DNA of 64,000 nt from an uncultured Anaerolineales bacterium (GTDB taxonomy: Bacteria > Chloroflexota > Anaerolineae > B4-G1). Positions 45,472 through 54,169 of this stretch are shown one piece after another (within the stretch, counting starts at the first letter, position 1; the number at the start of each line of letters is the position of its first letter). Under the pieces are notes generated by a model. That model did not search any database, was not told the origin of the DNA, and worked only from the letters and a program-made list of their open reading frames with translations. The translations under genes were made by a program, and so were the position numbers. The stretch spans positions 48,234 through 112,233 of the forward strand of contig CAZIWL010000001.1 of the NCBI GenBank assembly GCA_964542755.1. The letters are read 5' to 3'.

Positions 45472-47412
45472 ATGCGAGTCATAGGTACGGCCGGTCACGT
45501 CGACCATGGTAAGTCGGCACTCGTGCTCGCGTTAACGGGGATCGACCCCGACCGTCTACGGGAGGAGAAAGAACGCGGTCTGACCATCGATCTCGGGTTC
45601 GCCTGGTTCACCCTCCCGGGCGGCGAACCCGTTGGGGTGGTTGACGTGCCCGGGCACCGAGATTTCATAGAAAACATGCTGGCCGGCGTCGGCAGTATCG
45701 ATGCCACACTCTTCGTGGTAGCTGCTGATGAGAGCGTCATGCCGCAGACGCGCGAGCACCTGGCAATTCTGGATCTCCTGGAGATCGACACCGGCATCGT
45801 CGTCATCACCAAGACCGACCTGGTGGAGAGCGAGGAATGGCTGGAGTTGGTCGTCGACGATGTGGCCGAGACGTTGACGGGCACGGTACTCGAGGATGCT
45901 CCCGTCGTGCTGACCTCCGCACGGACAGGGCGCGGTCTGGATGAGCTGCTGAACGTTTTGGAACGCATCCTTGCCATCCCGCAACGTCACCCGGATCGTG
46001 GGCGTCCTCGATTACCTATCGATCGCGTCTTTACCGTCAGTGGTTTTGGCACGGTTGTCACGGGCACCCTGATCGACGGCATACTCGAGACCGGGCAGGA
46101 AGTCCGAGTCCAGCCTCAGGGTCTGAAGGCGCGCGTTCGGGGCCTCCAAACGCATAAGGAGAAGATCGATCGTGCGGTGCCCGGCAGCCGCGTGGCGGTC
46201 AACCTGAGTGGCGTGGACATGGATCAGGTCGCCCGGGGGGACGTCGTGGCGTCTGGCGATTGGCTGCAGGGCACGACGCTGGTGGACGTGCGGATGCGCT
46301 ATCTCCCCGACATCCTTTGGCCGGATCTGGGGCAGTTTGCTCAGCGGCCCCTCCGGCACAACACCCGACTTAAGTTCTACACCGGCGCCGCCGAGGTTAT
46401 GGGGCGAGTCAGGCTCCTTGGGCAGAACGCTCTCCTTCCAGAGCAGGTCGGTTGGGTCCAACTCGAACTCCAGGAGCCAATCGCTATGGTGCGCGGCGAT
46501 CACTATATCGTCCGGCTGCCGTCTCCGCCGACCACCGTAGGGGGCGGTATCATTGTCGATCCACAGCCGAGGCACAAGCACCGCCGCTTTCGATCCGTCG
46601 TGGTCGACCGCCTTGAGACGTTGGCTGAGGGAAGCCCCGCGGATATCCTGCTGCAGACACTGGAGCGAGAAGAGGTCGTATCCGTGGAGGACTTGCTGGA
46701 GATGGGCGGGCTTGAGGAGCGTGCCCCCAGCGCCCTGCTTGATCTCCTCGCTGAGGGACGCGCGCTCGTGCTCAACGATGAGCGTCCTGAGGGGATAAGA
46801 CTGACCGAGCTGCCCAGATCTGCTGGAGCCTTGATCGTCAGCCGTGCGAGGTGGTCATCCCTGATCGACCACATCCTTGATGCTCTTTCGTCTTACCACG
46901 AGAAGTTGCCGCTGCGACCGGGAATGCCTCGAGAGGCCCTGCGCAGCCGCCTCCAGCTCGCTCCACGGATCTTCGACGCGGTCGTGGCTCAAGCAGAGCG
47001 TGAAGGACTCATCGTCGACGAGGGAGCGTCGGTGCGGCTTTCGTCCCACACCGTTGAGTTGACGCCTCAGCAAGGGGAACGGGTGAGTGTGCTGCTGGAC
47101 CGTTTCCGACGGGATCCCTACGCCCCTCCCTCGGCCAAGGAGGCCACCGAGATGGTGGGGGAAGACGTCTACCGGGTGCTCATCTCCCGAGAGGACCTGG
47201 TGCAGGTCTCCCCGGATGTCGTCTTCCTGCCAGAGACGTACGATGTCATGGTTACGCGCATCCGGGCTCAGATCGAGCGAGAGGGCAGCGTCACGCTGGC
47301 CGAGGTGCGCGATATGTTCGACTCCAGCCGAAAGTATGCCCAGGCTATGCTGGAGCATCTGGATGAGCAAGGTGTGACGAAACGGATGGGGGACAAGCGA
47401 GTCCTGCGTTGA
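45472..47412 (+). CDS. selB: selenocysteine-specific elongation factor
   Basis: GTPase G1 GHVDHGKS, DxPGH, NKTD; EF-Tu-like domains II/III; C-terminal winged-helix extension; length 646 aa. Confidence 0.85.
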   Translation: MRVIGTAGHVDHGKSALVLALTGIDPDRLREEKERGLTIDLGFAWFTLPGGEPVGVVDVPGHRDFIENMLAGVGSIDATLFVVAADESVMPQTREHLAILDLLEIDTGIVVITKTDLVESEEWLELVVDDVAETLTGTVLEDAPVVLTSARTGRGLDELLNVLERILAIPQRHPDRGRPRLPIDRVFTVSGFGTVVTGTLIDGILETGQEVRVQPQGLKARVRGLQTHKEKIDRAVPGSRVAVNLSGVDMDQVARGDVVASGDWLQGTTLVDVRMRYLPDILWPDLGQFAQRPLRHNTRLKFYTGAAEVMGRVRLLGQNALLPEQVGWVQLELQEPIAMVRGDHYIVRLPSPPTTVGGGIIVDPQPRHKHRRFRSVVVDRLETLAEGSPADILLQTLEREEVVSVEDLLEMGGLEERAPSALLDLLAEGRALVLNDERPEGIRLTELPRSAGALIVSRARWSSLIDHILDALSSYHEKLPLRPGMPREALRSRLQLAPRIFDAVVAQAEREGLIVDEGASVRLSSHTVELTPQQGERVSVLLDRFRRDPYAPPSAKEATEMVGEDVYRVLISREDLVQVSPDVVFLPETYDVMVTRIRAQIEREGSVTLAEVRDMFDSSRKYAQAMLEHLDEQGVTKRMGDKRVLR

Positions 47413-47431
47413 GACAAGAGGAGGCAAGCAC

Positions 47432-48058
47432 GTGAGCCCGATCAAGCTGCTGGGTATCTCTGGGAGCCCACGACGGGGGGCGACGGCCTACGCGGTCCAG
47501 GAAGCGCTGGCCTATGCCGAAACCCTTGGCGACGTGGAGACGGAGTTTGTCTCGGTGCGCGGCAAAGAGATCAAGTTCTGCATCCACTGCGACTACTGTG
47601 TGCGGAAGAAGGAGGGCTGCGTCTTCGAAGATGATGTCGCCAAGATGTATCCCAGCATGGAGGAGGCCGACGCGTGGGTCCTCGGCACTCCTGTCTATCA
47701 GGGAACCATGTCGGGACAGCTGAAAGCTGTCCTTGATCGTTGTCGAGCCATTGTCGCCAGGGACATCGACGCGCTCAAGGACAAAGTTGGGGTGGGGATA
47801 GCCACGGGTGGCGATCGAGTTGGGGGCCAGGAGCCGGCCATCACGGCCATCCACGCCTTCTACCTGGCGAACAAGATGATCCCCATCAGTGGAGGGCCAT
47901 TCGGCGCAAATCTGGGCGGCACCATCTGGTCGCGCGACAAGAAGGGTGCGGGTGCCGAGGCTGACGAGGTCGGGATGGAGAGCGTCCGGCGGTCAGTCAA
48001 TCGTCTTGTTGAGGTGACCTCGACGATCAAGGGCTCGAAGTTGCATGACGATTCTTGA
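47432..48058 (+). CDS. NADPH-dependent FMN reductase / iron-sulfur flavoprotein-like
   Basis: Flavodoxin-like fold LLGISGSPRRG and a Cys cluster CIHCDYC. Confidence 0.7.
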   Translation: MSPIKLLGISGSPRRGATAYAVQEALAYAETLGDVETEFVSVRGKEIKFCIHCDYCVRKKEGCVFEDDVAKMYPSMEEADAWVLGTPVYQGTMSGQLKAVLDRCRAIVARDIDALKDKVGVGIATGGDRVGGQEPAITAIHAFYLANKMIPISGGPFGANLGGTIWSRDKKGAGAEADEVGMESVRRSVNRLVEVTSTIKGSKLHDDS

Positions 48059-48083
48059 CAGATGCCATCGTACAGTGTATAAT
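48055..48083 (+). promoter_or_regulatory. perfect consensus sigma70 promoter TTGACA-17-TATAAT (leader A)
   Basis: Exact hexamers with a 17-nt spacer; the -35 overlaps the TGA stop of the reductase gene. Confidence 0.6.
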
Positions 48084-48089
48084 AGAAAG

Positions 48090-48195
48090 CATAATTAGAA
48101 TAATCTGAGCTACCCTACGGATGGGATTGTGAAGCTGCCAAATATCCGTCACGACGCAGCTTAACTGCCGAATCATTTATGATTCGGCGTTTTTG
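48090..48195 (+). ncRNA. candidate structured leader or sRNA A of about 105 nt (conserved motif plus terminator), unclassified
   Basis: Predicted TSS, a motif GCTACCCTACGGATGGGATTGTGAAGCTGCC at 48109..48139 that is shared with leader B, and a terminator. Confidence 0.5.
48167..48194 (+). terminator. intrinsic terminator GCCGAATCA-TTTA-TGATTCGGC plus GTTTTT
   Basis: 9-bp perfect stem, 4-nt loop, U-tract. Confidence 0.8.
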
Positions 48196-48795
48196 GTCTT
48201 AGGGGCCAACCGGTCCGCCTAGGGGGCCAGCCTAGTAGCACATCTTCCACAACCGGGGCACCACGCGCCCCGCCGCGATAGAAGGTCAGCTCGTACCAGA
48301 ATCGTGGTACAGTCTGCTTGAGAGTTGATGCCGTTACGATGCTGTTGAGCCGTAGCCAGCAACTTGCCTTCCGGGTATATTGTCGATGCCAAAAAGGCGA
48401 TCTCGCGCTTTCTTGAGTCATTGGTGGGCTTCACCCGCAATAGGCTTCGTTTCGGCGCGATCGACCCGAAACCCGTTCTGTGACGCCGTGGCCAGTGGGG
48501 CCGTGAGGCCTACTCTCTAAACGCCGTCTATGCTCATACGAGTACTGGATGACCATCGGCTGTTCTTGTTGCACACCGTTAGCGGTCTACCGGCCTTCTC
48601 TGGCAATCGCCTGATCGCGCGCACCAACCTCTCTCAAGGTAGACGATACATTTACCGGCGGGGGGCTGTGCATCGCTGCGGGGTCCGGCAGAAGAAAGGG
48701 GGTGACGACTGAACCATTAGCCTGGATGTTGTATGCGTCTCCTACAGATAGGACAACACAGACGGATAGATCAGATTCCAAGGAGGAATACTCAG

Positions 48796-50328
48796 ATGTC
48801 GTTGTACGAGAAGATGGTGAACGAGGCCGTTGGCGCCGCAAAGTCGGTTCTTGGCGTCATAAGGGAGAAGCGTGGCGGGACCTTCAAGATCGCCGACGCA
48901 AAGCCATACGTCGATGCCGTCAACGCGATGGAGCCCGGTGACGGGCAGTCCAAAGAGGTCTTCGACCTGCACGTCGAGTCGGTGAATACCCACTACAACA
49001 CATTGATGGAGCTCACCGACACCATTCGCCCCGAAGACGACCCCTTCGTCGAGCACTACCAGACTCCGCCCATCCTGGAGATCCTCTACGAGGAGGACTC
49101 AGAGTTCAAGGACTCGATGTGGCAGTTCATCGACGCGGTCGCCGAGAACAAGTCCTTGATTGGGCTCGATGCGGTTCGTCGCTACGGCGGCATGTACGGC
49201 ATGACCTGTGTGGTCGACTTTGCCTTCTCTGTCGGATCGGTACCCAATACAGTCAACCGTATCCTCCGGGAGATGGACATTCCGAAGGAGCACAAGCAGA
49301 CAATCCTGGCTTCGAAGTCATGGGGGATGAACACCTCATACGGCTTTGGCGCAGCTTTCCGGGGGGCACTCGAGTCCGGCAAGACGGCAGCCGAGGCAGA
49401 GCAGGCCGAGGTTGACCAGATTCAGCACATCTACCGCGACCCGGTGGAGGCCCAGGCTGAACTGATGGACACCCACAACCTGGGTGGGCACGGTGGACAT
49501 ACCTCGTTCGACACCCGCAAGTACATGGCCCAGTACAAGGAGGCCATGCGACCTCACGTGGTGGCTGCTATGGAGGCGGGCGTGCATCCTGCCAACATCA
49601 CAGCCGTGCCCGCCTACTGCGTGGGTGACATTGGTCATCACATCGCCCAGTCCGCGTACAATATGTTCAAGGACGACATGTCCTTCGGCATCTACGAAGC
49701 AGTGATGGGCGTCTTCGAGAATACCATGCGCCGTGGCGTCGAGCAGGACGCCTATGGCAGCGAGTGGGACGTTCTGGCCGTGGCGACTGGTGCGCCCGCC
49801 TGTGCCGCCGCGTACATCCTCTGGCTGGACAGCTTCACTGTCCCCATGGTGATCGATCTGTTCAACAAACGGTTCCACAACTACTGCTCGATGCACCCGG
49901 ACCGCGGTGAGGCGGACGAGCTGCACAATGTCGACACCATCGACATCCTGATGCGCGGTGAGTCGATCCTAGAGCCGAAGCCGCGTGGTGCCGGTCGCAA
50001 GGTCAAGGGCATCGAGGTCGATCTCAGCCCGGTTGAAAACCACGAGGTCGTCATGAATCCGCAGCGTTACACCTATCCGGCGTGCGCCATCACCCAGCGC
50101 TTTGCGGCGTTGATGCATATGGCTGACTTCCCGTGCTACATGACGCCCGAGTGCGTAACGGCCACGTTGATGACCAATGCCGTGGCGCTCAATCCGGACC
50201 GCCCCGGCGCCCCGGTCAGGGGATGCAAGGACTGCGCTATCTGCACGCTGAACAAGCGCAACGCGCCTATGGCGACGGGCCGTCTGACGGGTGATCAGGG
50301 TTATTGCGAGTGGCACCTGGCGGTCTAG
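48796..50328 (+). CDS. uncharacterised 510-aa protein, paralogous to the 609-aa protein at 51767; C-terminal Cys-rich segment
   Basis: RBS AAGGAGG. A shared segment AAMEAGVHPANITAVPAY matches [19 protein letters not shown] in the paralog. No known family recognised. Confidence 0.75.
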   Translation: MSLYEKMVNEAVGAAKSVLGVIREKRGGTFKIADAKPYVDAVNAMEPGDGQSKEVFDLHVESVNTHYNTLMELTDTIRPEDDPFVEHYQTPPILEILYEEDSEFKDSMWQFIDAVAENKSLIGLDAVRRYGGMYGMTCVVDFAFSVGSVPNTVNRILREMDIPKEHKQTILASKSWGMNTSYGFGAAFRGALESGKTAAEAEQAEVDQIQHIYRDPVEAQAELMDTHNLGGHGGHTSFDTRKYMAQYKEAMRPHVVAAMEAGVHPANITAVPAYCVGDIGHHIAQSAYNMFKDDMSFGIYEAVMGVFENTMRRGVEQDAYGSEWDVLAVATGAPACAAAYILWLDSFTVPMVIDLFNKRFHNYCSMHPDRGEADELHNVDTIDILMRGESILEPKPRGAGRKVKGIEVDLSPVENHEVVMNPQRYTYPACAITQRFAALMHMADFPCYMTPECVTATLMTNAVALNPDRPGAPVRGCKDCAICTLNKRNAPMATGRLTGDQGYCEWHLAV

Positions 50329-50385
50329 TCGAGCGGTGTGTCTAACGTCGTAGATCAGTAGCCCTGCAGCATCGTATCCGTAAAG

Positions 50386-50426
50386 GAGCTCAGGGAGGGA
50401 GGACTGAATCCGCTCTCCCTGAGCTC
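50386..50426 (+). other. 12-bp perfect inverted repeat hairpin (GAGCTCAGGGAG/CTCCCTGAGCTC) after the 531-aa gene
   Basis: Seen in the sequence; it lacks a clean U-tract. Confidence 0.5.
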
Positions 50427-50450
50427 TTCATTATCCTAGAGAGGGACGCT

Positions 50451-50666
50451 ATGTCGCCGTGCATCAGCTGTGTGATATCGAGCCAAGACGAGTACGGTCA
50501 CGACAGGACCTGGCAGTCCAAATGGATAGACACACGCTGCCCAGTCTGCGGCACAGGGTTTGAGGTTGGCGATCACGTGCTAGTCGATGAGGATACGATA
50601 ACTGCGTATCATGTCGAGTGCTACGATGGTTCCGGGGCCGCGCTTGAGGAAGGCGTCGTCATCTAG
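50451..50666 (+). CDS. small zinc-ribbon-like Cys protein (71 aa)
   Basis: CxxC...CxxC spacing and an RBS GAGGG. Small-ORF caveat applies. Confidence 0.45.
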   Translation: MSPCISCVISSQDEYGHDRTWQSKWIDTRCPVCGTGFEVGDHVLVDEDTITAYHVECYDGSGAALEEGVVI

Positions 50667-50777
50667 GGCCGCGCTGGATAGATCCGGTGGGACACCGCCA
50701 CGAGAGCCAAGTGAAGCGCCGGTGATCGACCATGGGGCTCGTCGGTCGAGTTGTCTCGTCCTTATCAGGGAGCTAGC

Positions 50778-51344
50778 ATGTCCGAAAAGGTGAAGGTGGC
50801 GTGGGGAATCACGGGCGCCGGAGACTACCTCAGAGAGTCCCTGGACGCAATGAGAGACCTGACGCGGGACTTCGGCGTCGAGGTTACCGTTCTGCTCTCC
50901 ACGAACGGGGAGCTGGTGGTGAAATGGTACGATCTGTGGGATGACCTGAATGCGAGTTTCGACAAGGTTAGGTCAGAAAAGGGCCCCAACCTGCCGTTCT
51001 TGGCGGGGCCTCTTCAACTCGGCCATTATGCCTTCCTCTTTGTGTCGCCGGCGACAGGGAACACTGTGGCGAAGATCGCGTATGGAATAGCGGACAGCCT
51101 TGTCACCAACTGTGTCGCGCAGACGGTCAAGGGGGGCACGCCAGTCTTTGTCTATCCGGTTGATCAGGTGGCGGGCAGCCAGGAGACGGAAGGCCCTCGC
51201 GGGGAGAGAATCACCATCAGCACCAGACAGATCGATCTGGACAACGTCGAGAAACTCAAGGCCATGCCCGGCGTTGAGGTTCTGGGGCATCCGGGCCAGA
51301 TAAGCTCGGTAGTGAAGGACACGCTGTTTTCCGAGGTGTCCTGA
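50778..51344 (+). CDS. flavoprotein of the HFCD family (UbiX/PPCDC/AfpA-like)
   Basis: VAWGITGAGDY flavin-binding start and a ..PATGNTVAKIAYGIADSLVT.. motif; start at the internal ATG with RBS AGGGAG. Confidence 0.7.
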   Translation: MSEKVKVAWGITGAGDYLRESLDAMRDLTRDFGVEVTVLLSTNGELVVKWYDLWDDLNASFDKVRSEKGPNLPFLAGPLQLGHYAFLFVSPATGNTVAKIAYGIADSLVTNCVAQTVKGGTPVFVYPVDQVAGSQETEGPRGERITISTRQIDLDNVEKLKAMPGVEVLGHPGQISSVVKDTLFSEVS

Positions 51345-51421
51345 GCTCCCTCGGGACTGTCCAAGGGACCCGCGGCACGGACCTGTCGCCGATCCAGTCT
51401 TAGCCCACACTATGTGCAATC

Positions 51422-51450
51422 TTGACATAGTCTGCCTGCTTGTGTATAAT
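51422..51450 (+). promoter_or_regulatory. perfect consensus sigma70 promoter TTGACA-17-TATAAT (leader B)
   Basis: Exact hexamers; shares the GTGTATAATAG context with promoter A. Confidence 0.6.
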
Positions 51451-51456
51451 AGCTGA

Positions 51457-51637
51457 CACAAATCGTTTCGAGCCAGCTGAGTGCCGCATCTATCTTCACA
51501 GTCGTTGGCTTCCAACCGAATATCGCGAACCCGCGAATGGTGCTACCCTGCGGATGGGACTGCGAGGTTGTGAATGATCTGCCCTAGTACAACCGAGCTG
51601 CCGAGACTTTGGTCTCTGTGCAGCTCGGTTCTTTTTT
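51457..51637 (+). ncRNA. candidate structured leader or sRNA B (conserved motif plus terminator), paralog of A
   Basis: Motif GCTACCCTGCGGATGGGACTGCGAGGTTG at 51542..51570; a GGTTGT/ACAACC hairpin; a terminator; and 130 nt to the GTG start of the 609-aa gene. Confidence 0.5.
51593..51637 (+). terminator. intrinsic terminator CCGAGCTGC...GCAGCTCGG plus TTCTTTTTTT
   Basis: 9-bp outer stem plus 5-bp inner stem, with a long U-tract. Confidence 0.8.
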
Positions 51638-51766
51638 TGGGAGGTGATACCAGGACATACAGGTGGTCGTGGGGCGTTCGGCAGATAGAAGGATCGTTGT
51701 TGACGAGCATCCCTCGCTATGAGGGATCTTGGGGGCCACATATTCAGACTATCAGGAGGTACTGAC

Positions 51767-53548
51767 GTGGAGAAGGAAATCCTTGCAACAATCGCAGCTA
51801 TGACGTCCAACATCGAGTACACGACGAGTGACCGGATCGAGGCGCTTACCAAAGGTCACGGCATGCTCAACATCGCGGCACTCTGCGCAGAGAACGCGAT
51901 GACGTGGGAGGTCCTCCAGGGGCGAGATATCTCCCTGACGGATGCGAATATAGAGAAACTCCCGCTGGATCACGTCATTGAGGCTGGGGTCAACGCCGCC
52001 ATGGAGGCGGGCGCTTTCCCGGCCAACGCCGCTGTGATTACGGCGACGCTGCTCCTCATCGCCGGCACCTCCCCCCGCGCAGGTGTTCCCGCCGGCAACC
52101 GAAAGCTCGGCGCTCTGGCACGCATGAAGGCTGGAGCGGGCCGGACCGGCGTGGTGTCGATTCCGACATCGAAGCTTACCAACAAGCTCTCTGGCTTCGC
52201 GGCCGTCCAGGGCCTCTATAACGCCATGATGGACGGTAATGTGGTCCGCATCGACGGCGCCCACGTCCCCGCGTTCGTCGCCGGCGGCGCGCCTATGGGT
52301 CACAGTGTCCTCGGCGAGGATATGGTCTACCCGGACATCTGCCTGAAGGGTGGTAAGGCTGCCGTTGACGCCATGATGAAAGCCTACCGGGGGGCCGGCA
52401 TCAGTCCCAGCCCGATCCAGTGCGCTATCCTGGCCGCCGCTGCCGTTCTCGAGGTTGTCAACCCCGATGGTATGATCGGCGCTGAGTACGGCGACTTCTT
52501 CGTGCAGGGGACCGGGTACCTGGCCGGCAAGGGTGCTGCCGACGCCGCCGGTCTCCCCGAGAAGCTGCACTTGCGGGGCACGGGCGACGAGTACGACACG
52601 GCGAGTCTGGTTGGCGGAATGGGTATGATCCTCAAGGATGTCGGAGCCCCCTCGGTGATCGGCATGATGACGGTCAATGAGATCCTGGCCGCCTTCGCTG
52701 AAGGTCCGATGATCGGCGCCGGCTTCGGTGGCGGTCCGGTCAACCCCCCGTTGGCTCACCTGGCTGCCGACGGCGTCATCGCGATGAAGGCCCTGATGAA
52801 CAACAAGGGCGACGTTGAGGCCGCGGCCGATATGCTTCACGAAGTCAAGATGACCCAGTGGATCGACCCCGAGATTGCCGCTTTCTCCACAAACACCATC
52901 ACCCGGAAGGCGGAGCAGGTCCGCCGTGGTCCTGTGACCGAGACGATCATCAAGGCCACCGACGGGATCCGGACCAACGCTCTGCACCGCCGCGCCAAGT
53001 TCGCTTACGACCAGCTGAACGAGGGTAAGGACCTGAAAGAGATCTGCGGTGCGCTCGACCAGGCACGCAAGGCGCGGGTGGAGGAGAACGCCGGCAAGAT
53101 CCTCAGCGGCTTCTTCGGCAAGGACATCACCATCACATTCGACAAGCTCGAGGGTGGTGCCCGCCGCGACCATCCCTTCGCACAGGCCTTCTGGGGCTTC
53201 GACGCTGACATCGATGCGACGGTCACCGTCGACGGCGAGGTATTCGAGTTCGAGGGCCTCAGCCACACGGTCATCCCGGACGCTGTCTTGAATCAGAAGT
53301 CCGAGCTGTCGTTGCCGATCACGGTCGCTGCCGCGGTGGCCCAGGAGCTGATGTACGTGGGCTGCTGCACGATCGACGCCGTGGTCCCCGCTGTGGTGGC
53401 TGCCGCTATGGGTACGTACACCTGGAAGGACGCCGGTAAGAAGGCTGAGAAGGGCGCCAATATCACCTGCTCCATCCCTGGAGCGAAGAACACGGCCCGC
53501 GAGGCTGCCCGGCTGGCAATTCGGATCTTGCAGGACCTGGAGGGCTAG
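51767..53548 (+). CDS. uncharacterised 593-aa Gly/Ala-rich protein, paralog of 48796..50328
   Basis: GTG start with AGGAGG 7 nt upstream. Head of a run of overlapping genes to the window end. The 666-aa antisense ORF is rejected. Confidence 0.7.
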   Translation: MEKEILATIAAMTSNIEYTTSDRIEALTKGHGMLNIAALCAENAMTWEVLQGRDISLTDANIEKLPLDHVIEAGVNAAMEAGAFPANAAVITATLLLIAGTSPRAGVPAGNRKLGALARMKAGAGRTGVVSIPTSKLTNKLSGFAAVQGLYNAMMDGNVVRIDGAHVPAFVAGGAPMGHSVLGEDMVYPDICLKGGKAAVDAMMKAYRGAGISPSPIQCAILAAAAVLEVVNPDGMIGAEYGDFFVQGTGYLAGKGAADAAGLPEKLHLRGTGDEYDTASLVGGMGMILKDVGAPSVIGMMTVNEILAAFAEGPMIGAGFGGGPVNPPLAHLAADGVIAMKALMNNKGDVEAAADMLHEVKMTQWIDPEIAAFSTNTITRKAEQVRRGPVTETIIKATDGIRTNALHRRAKFAYDQLNEGKDLKEICGALDQARKARVEENAGKILSGFFGKDITITFDKLEGGARRDHPFAQAFWGFDADIDATVTVDGEVFEFEGLSHTVIPDAVLNQKSELSLPITVAAAVAQELMYVGCCTIDAVVPAVVAAAMGTYTWKDAGKKAEKGANITCSIPGAKNTAREAARLAIRILQDLEG

Positions 53549-53552
53549 GCTT

Positions 53553-53623
53553 CCTGGTCCCAACACGTAGGGACCAGGCCATGGATCAGGTAGAGGGCAG
53601 GTGAGAAAGCTCTCTACCTGATC
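53553..53623 (+). other. two consecutive perfect hairpins (9-bp CCTGGTCCC/GGGACCAGG and 12-bp GATCAGGTAGAG/CTCTACCTGATC) in an intercistronic gap
   Basis: Seen in the sequence; no U-tracts. Confidence 0.5.
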
Positions 53624-53650
53624 TCCTCTGTCAGGGAAGGGGCCTCTGTC

Positions 53651-54169
53651 ATGCTGATTCTGGTAAATGTAGATGACGTCCCGGGCGAACTCCTCCCACA
53701 CGTCATCAGCGGTCTGATGGCGCGTGGAGCCGAGAACGTCCACGCCGTTCAATCGATTACCAAGAAGGGGCGGCTGGGCTATATGATCTTCGTCGACGCA
53801 CCATCCGAGAAGCTGAACGAGCTCGGCGGATTCCTCGCGTCCGAGGTAGGAACGATCGGCATGCGGGTGCTTGAGTCACGTCACGTTTGTTTCGACTATC
53901 GGGTGCGGAGCATGCGCCTGACGGCGGGCGAAGCCAGCGGGCAAACCCAAGCCATCATTCGCGTGAAGGAGGTCTACGACGACGAGCGGGTCGTTTCGGT
54001 CAAAGCTGAGTACGAGGACTTGCGGTCCGCCCTTGACCGATTTGAGGGTTCGGGTGTGAACACCTCGCTCGTTGCACTCAAGCGCCTTGTGGAAGAGGCG
54101 GCGTTGGGCCAGGCTCAGATAGATCATTCGGGCATTCGGATCGAGAGGGTTAGGGAGGTTTCCACGTGA
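53651..54169 (+). CDS. standalone LarC C-terminal-domain-like protein (DUF111 family, nucleotide-binding half)
   Basis: LILVNVDDVPGE...TKKGRLG...EVGTIGMRV matches the LETNIDDMSGE...MKKNRPG...TTTLGVR pattern of the nickel-pincer cofactor protein LarC. Confidence 0.55.
   Translation: MLILVNVDDVPGELLPHVISGLMARGAENVHAVQSITKKGRLGYMIFVDAPSEKLNELGGFLASEVGTIGMRVLESRHVCFDYRVRSMRLTAGEASGQTQAIIRVKEVYDDERVVSVKAEYEDLRSALDRFEGSGVNTSLVALKRLVEEAALGQAQIDHSGIRIERVREVST

Noticed and set aside
48796-53548. Assignment of the two unknown proteins as UbiD-like decarboxylases partnered with a UbiX-like flavoprotein
   Set aside because: No UbiD hallmark motifs could be found in either protein, and the flavoprotein is only generically HFCD-like. 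Left as unknown.
51752-53752. 666-aa ORF on the minus strand, antisense to the 609-aa gene
   Set aside because: High-GC antisense shadow ORF: Arg/Gly/His-rich low-complexity translation, no RBS, and the plus-strand gene has paralogy and operon context.
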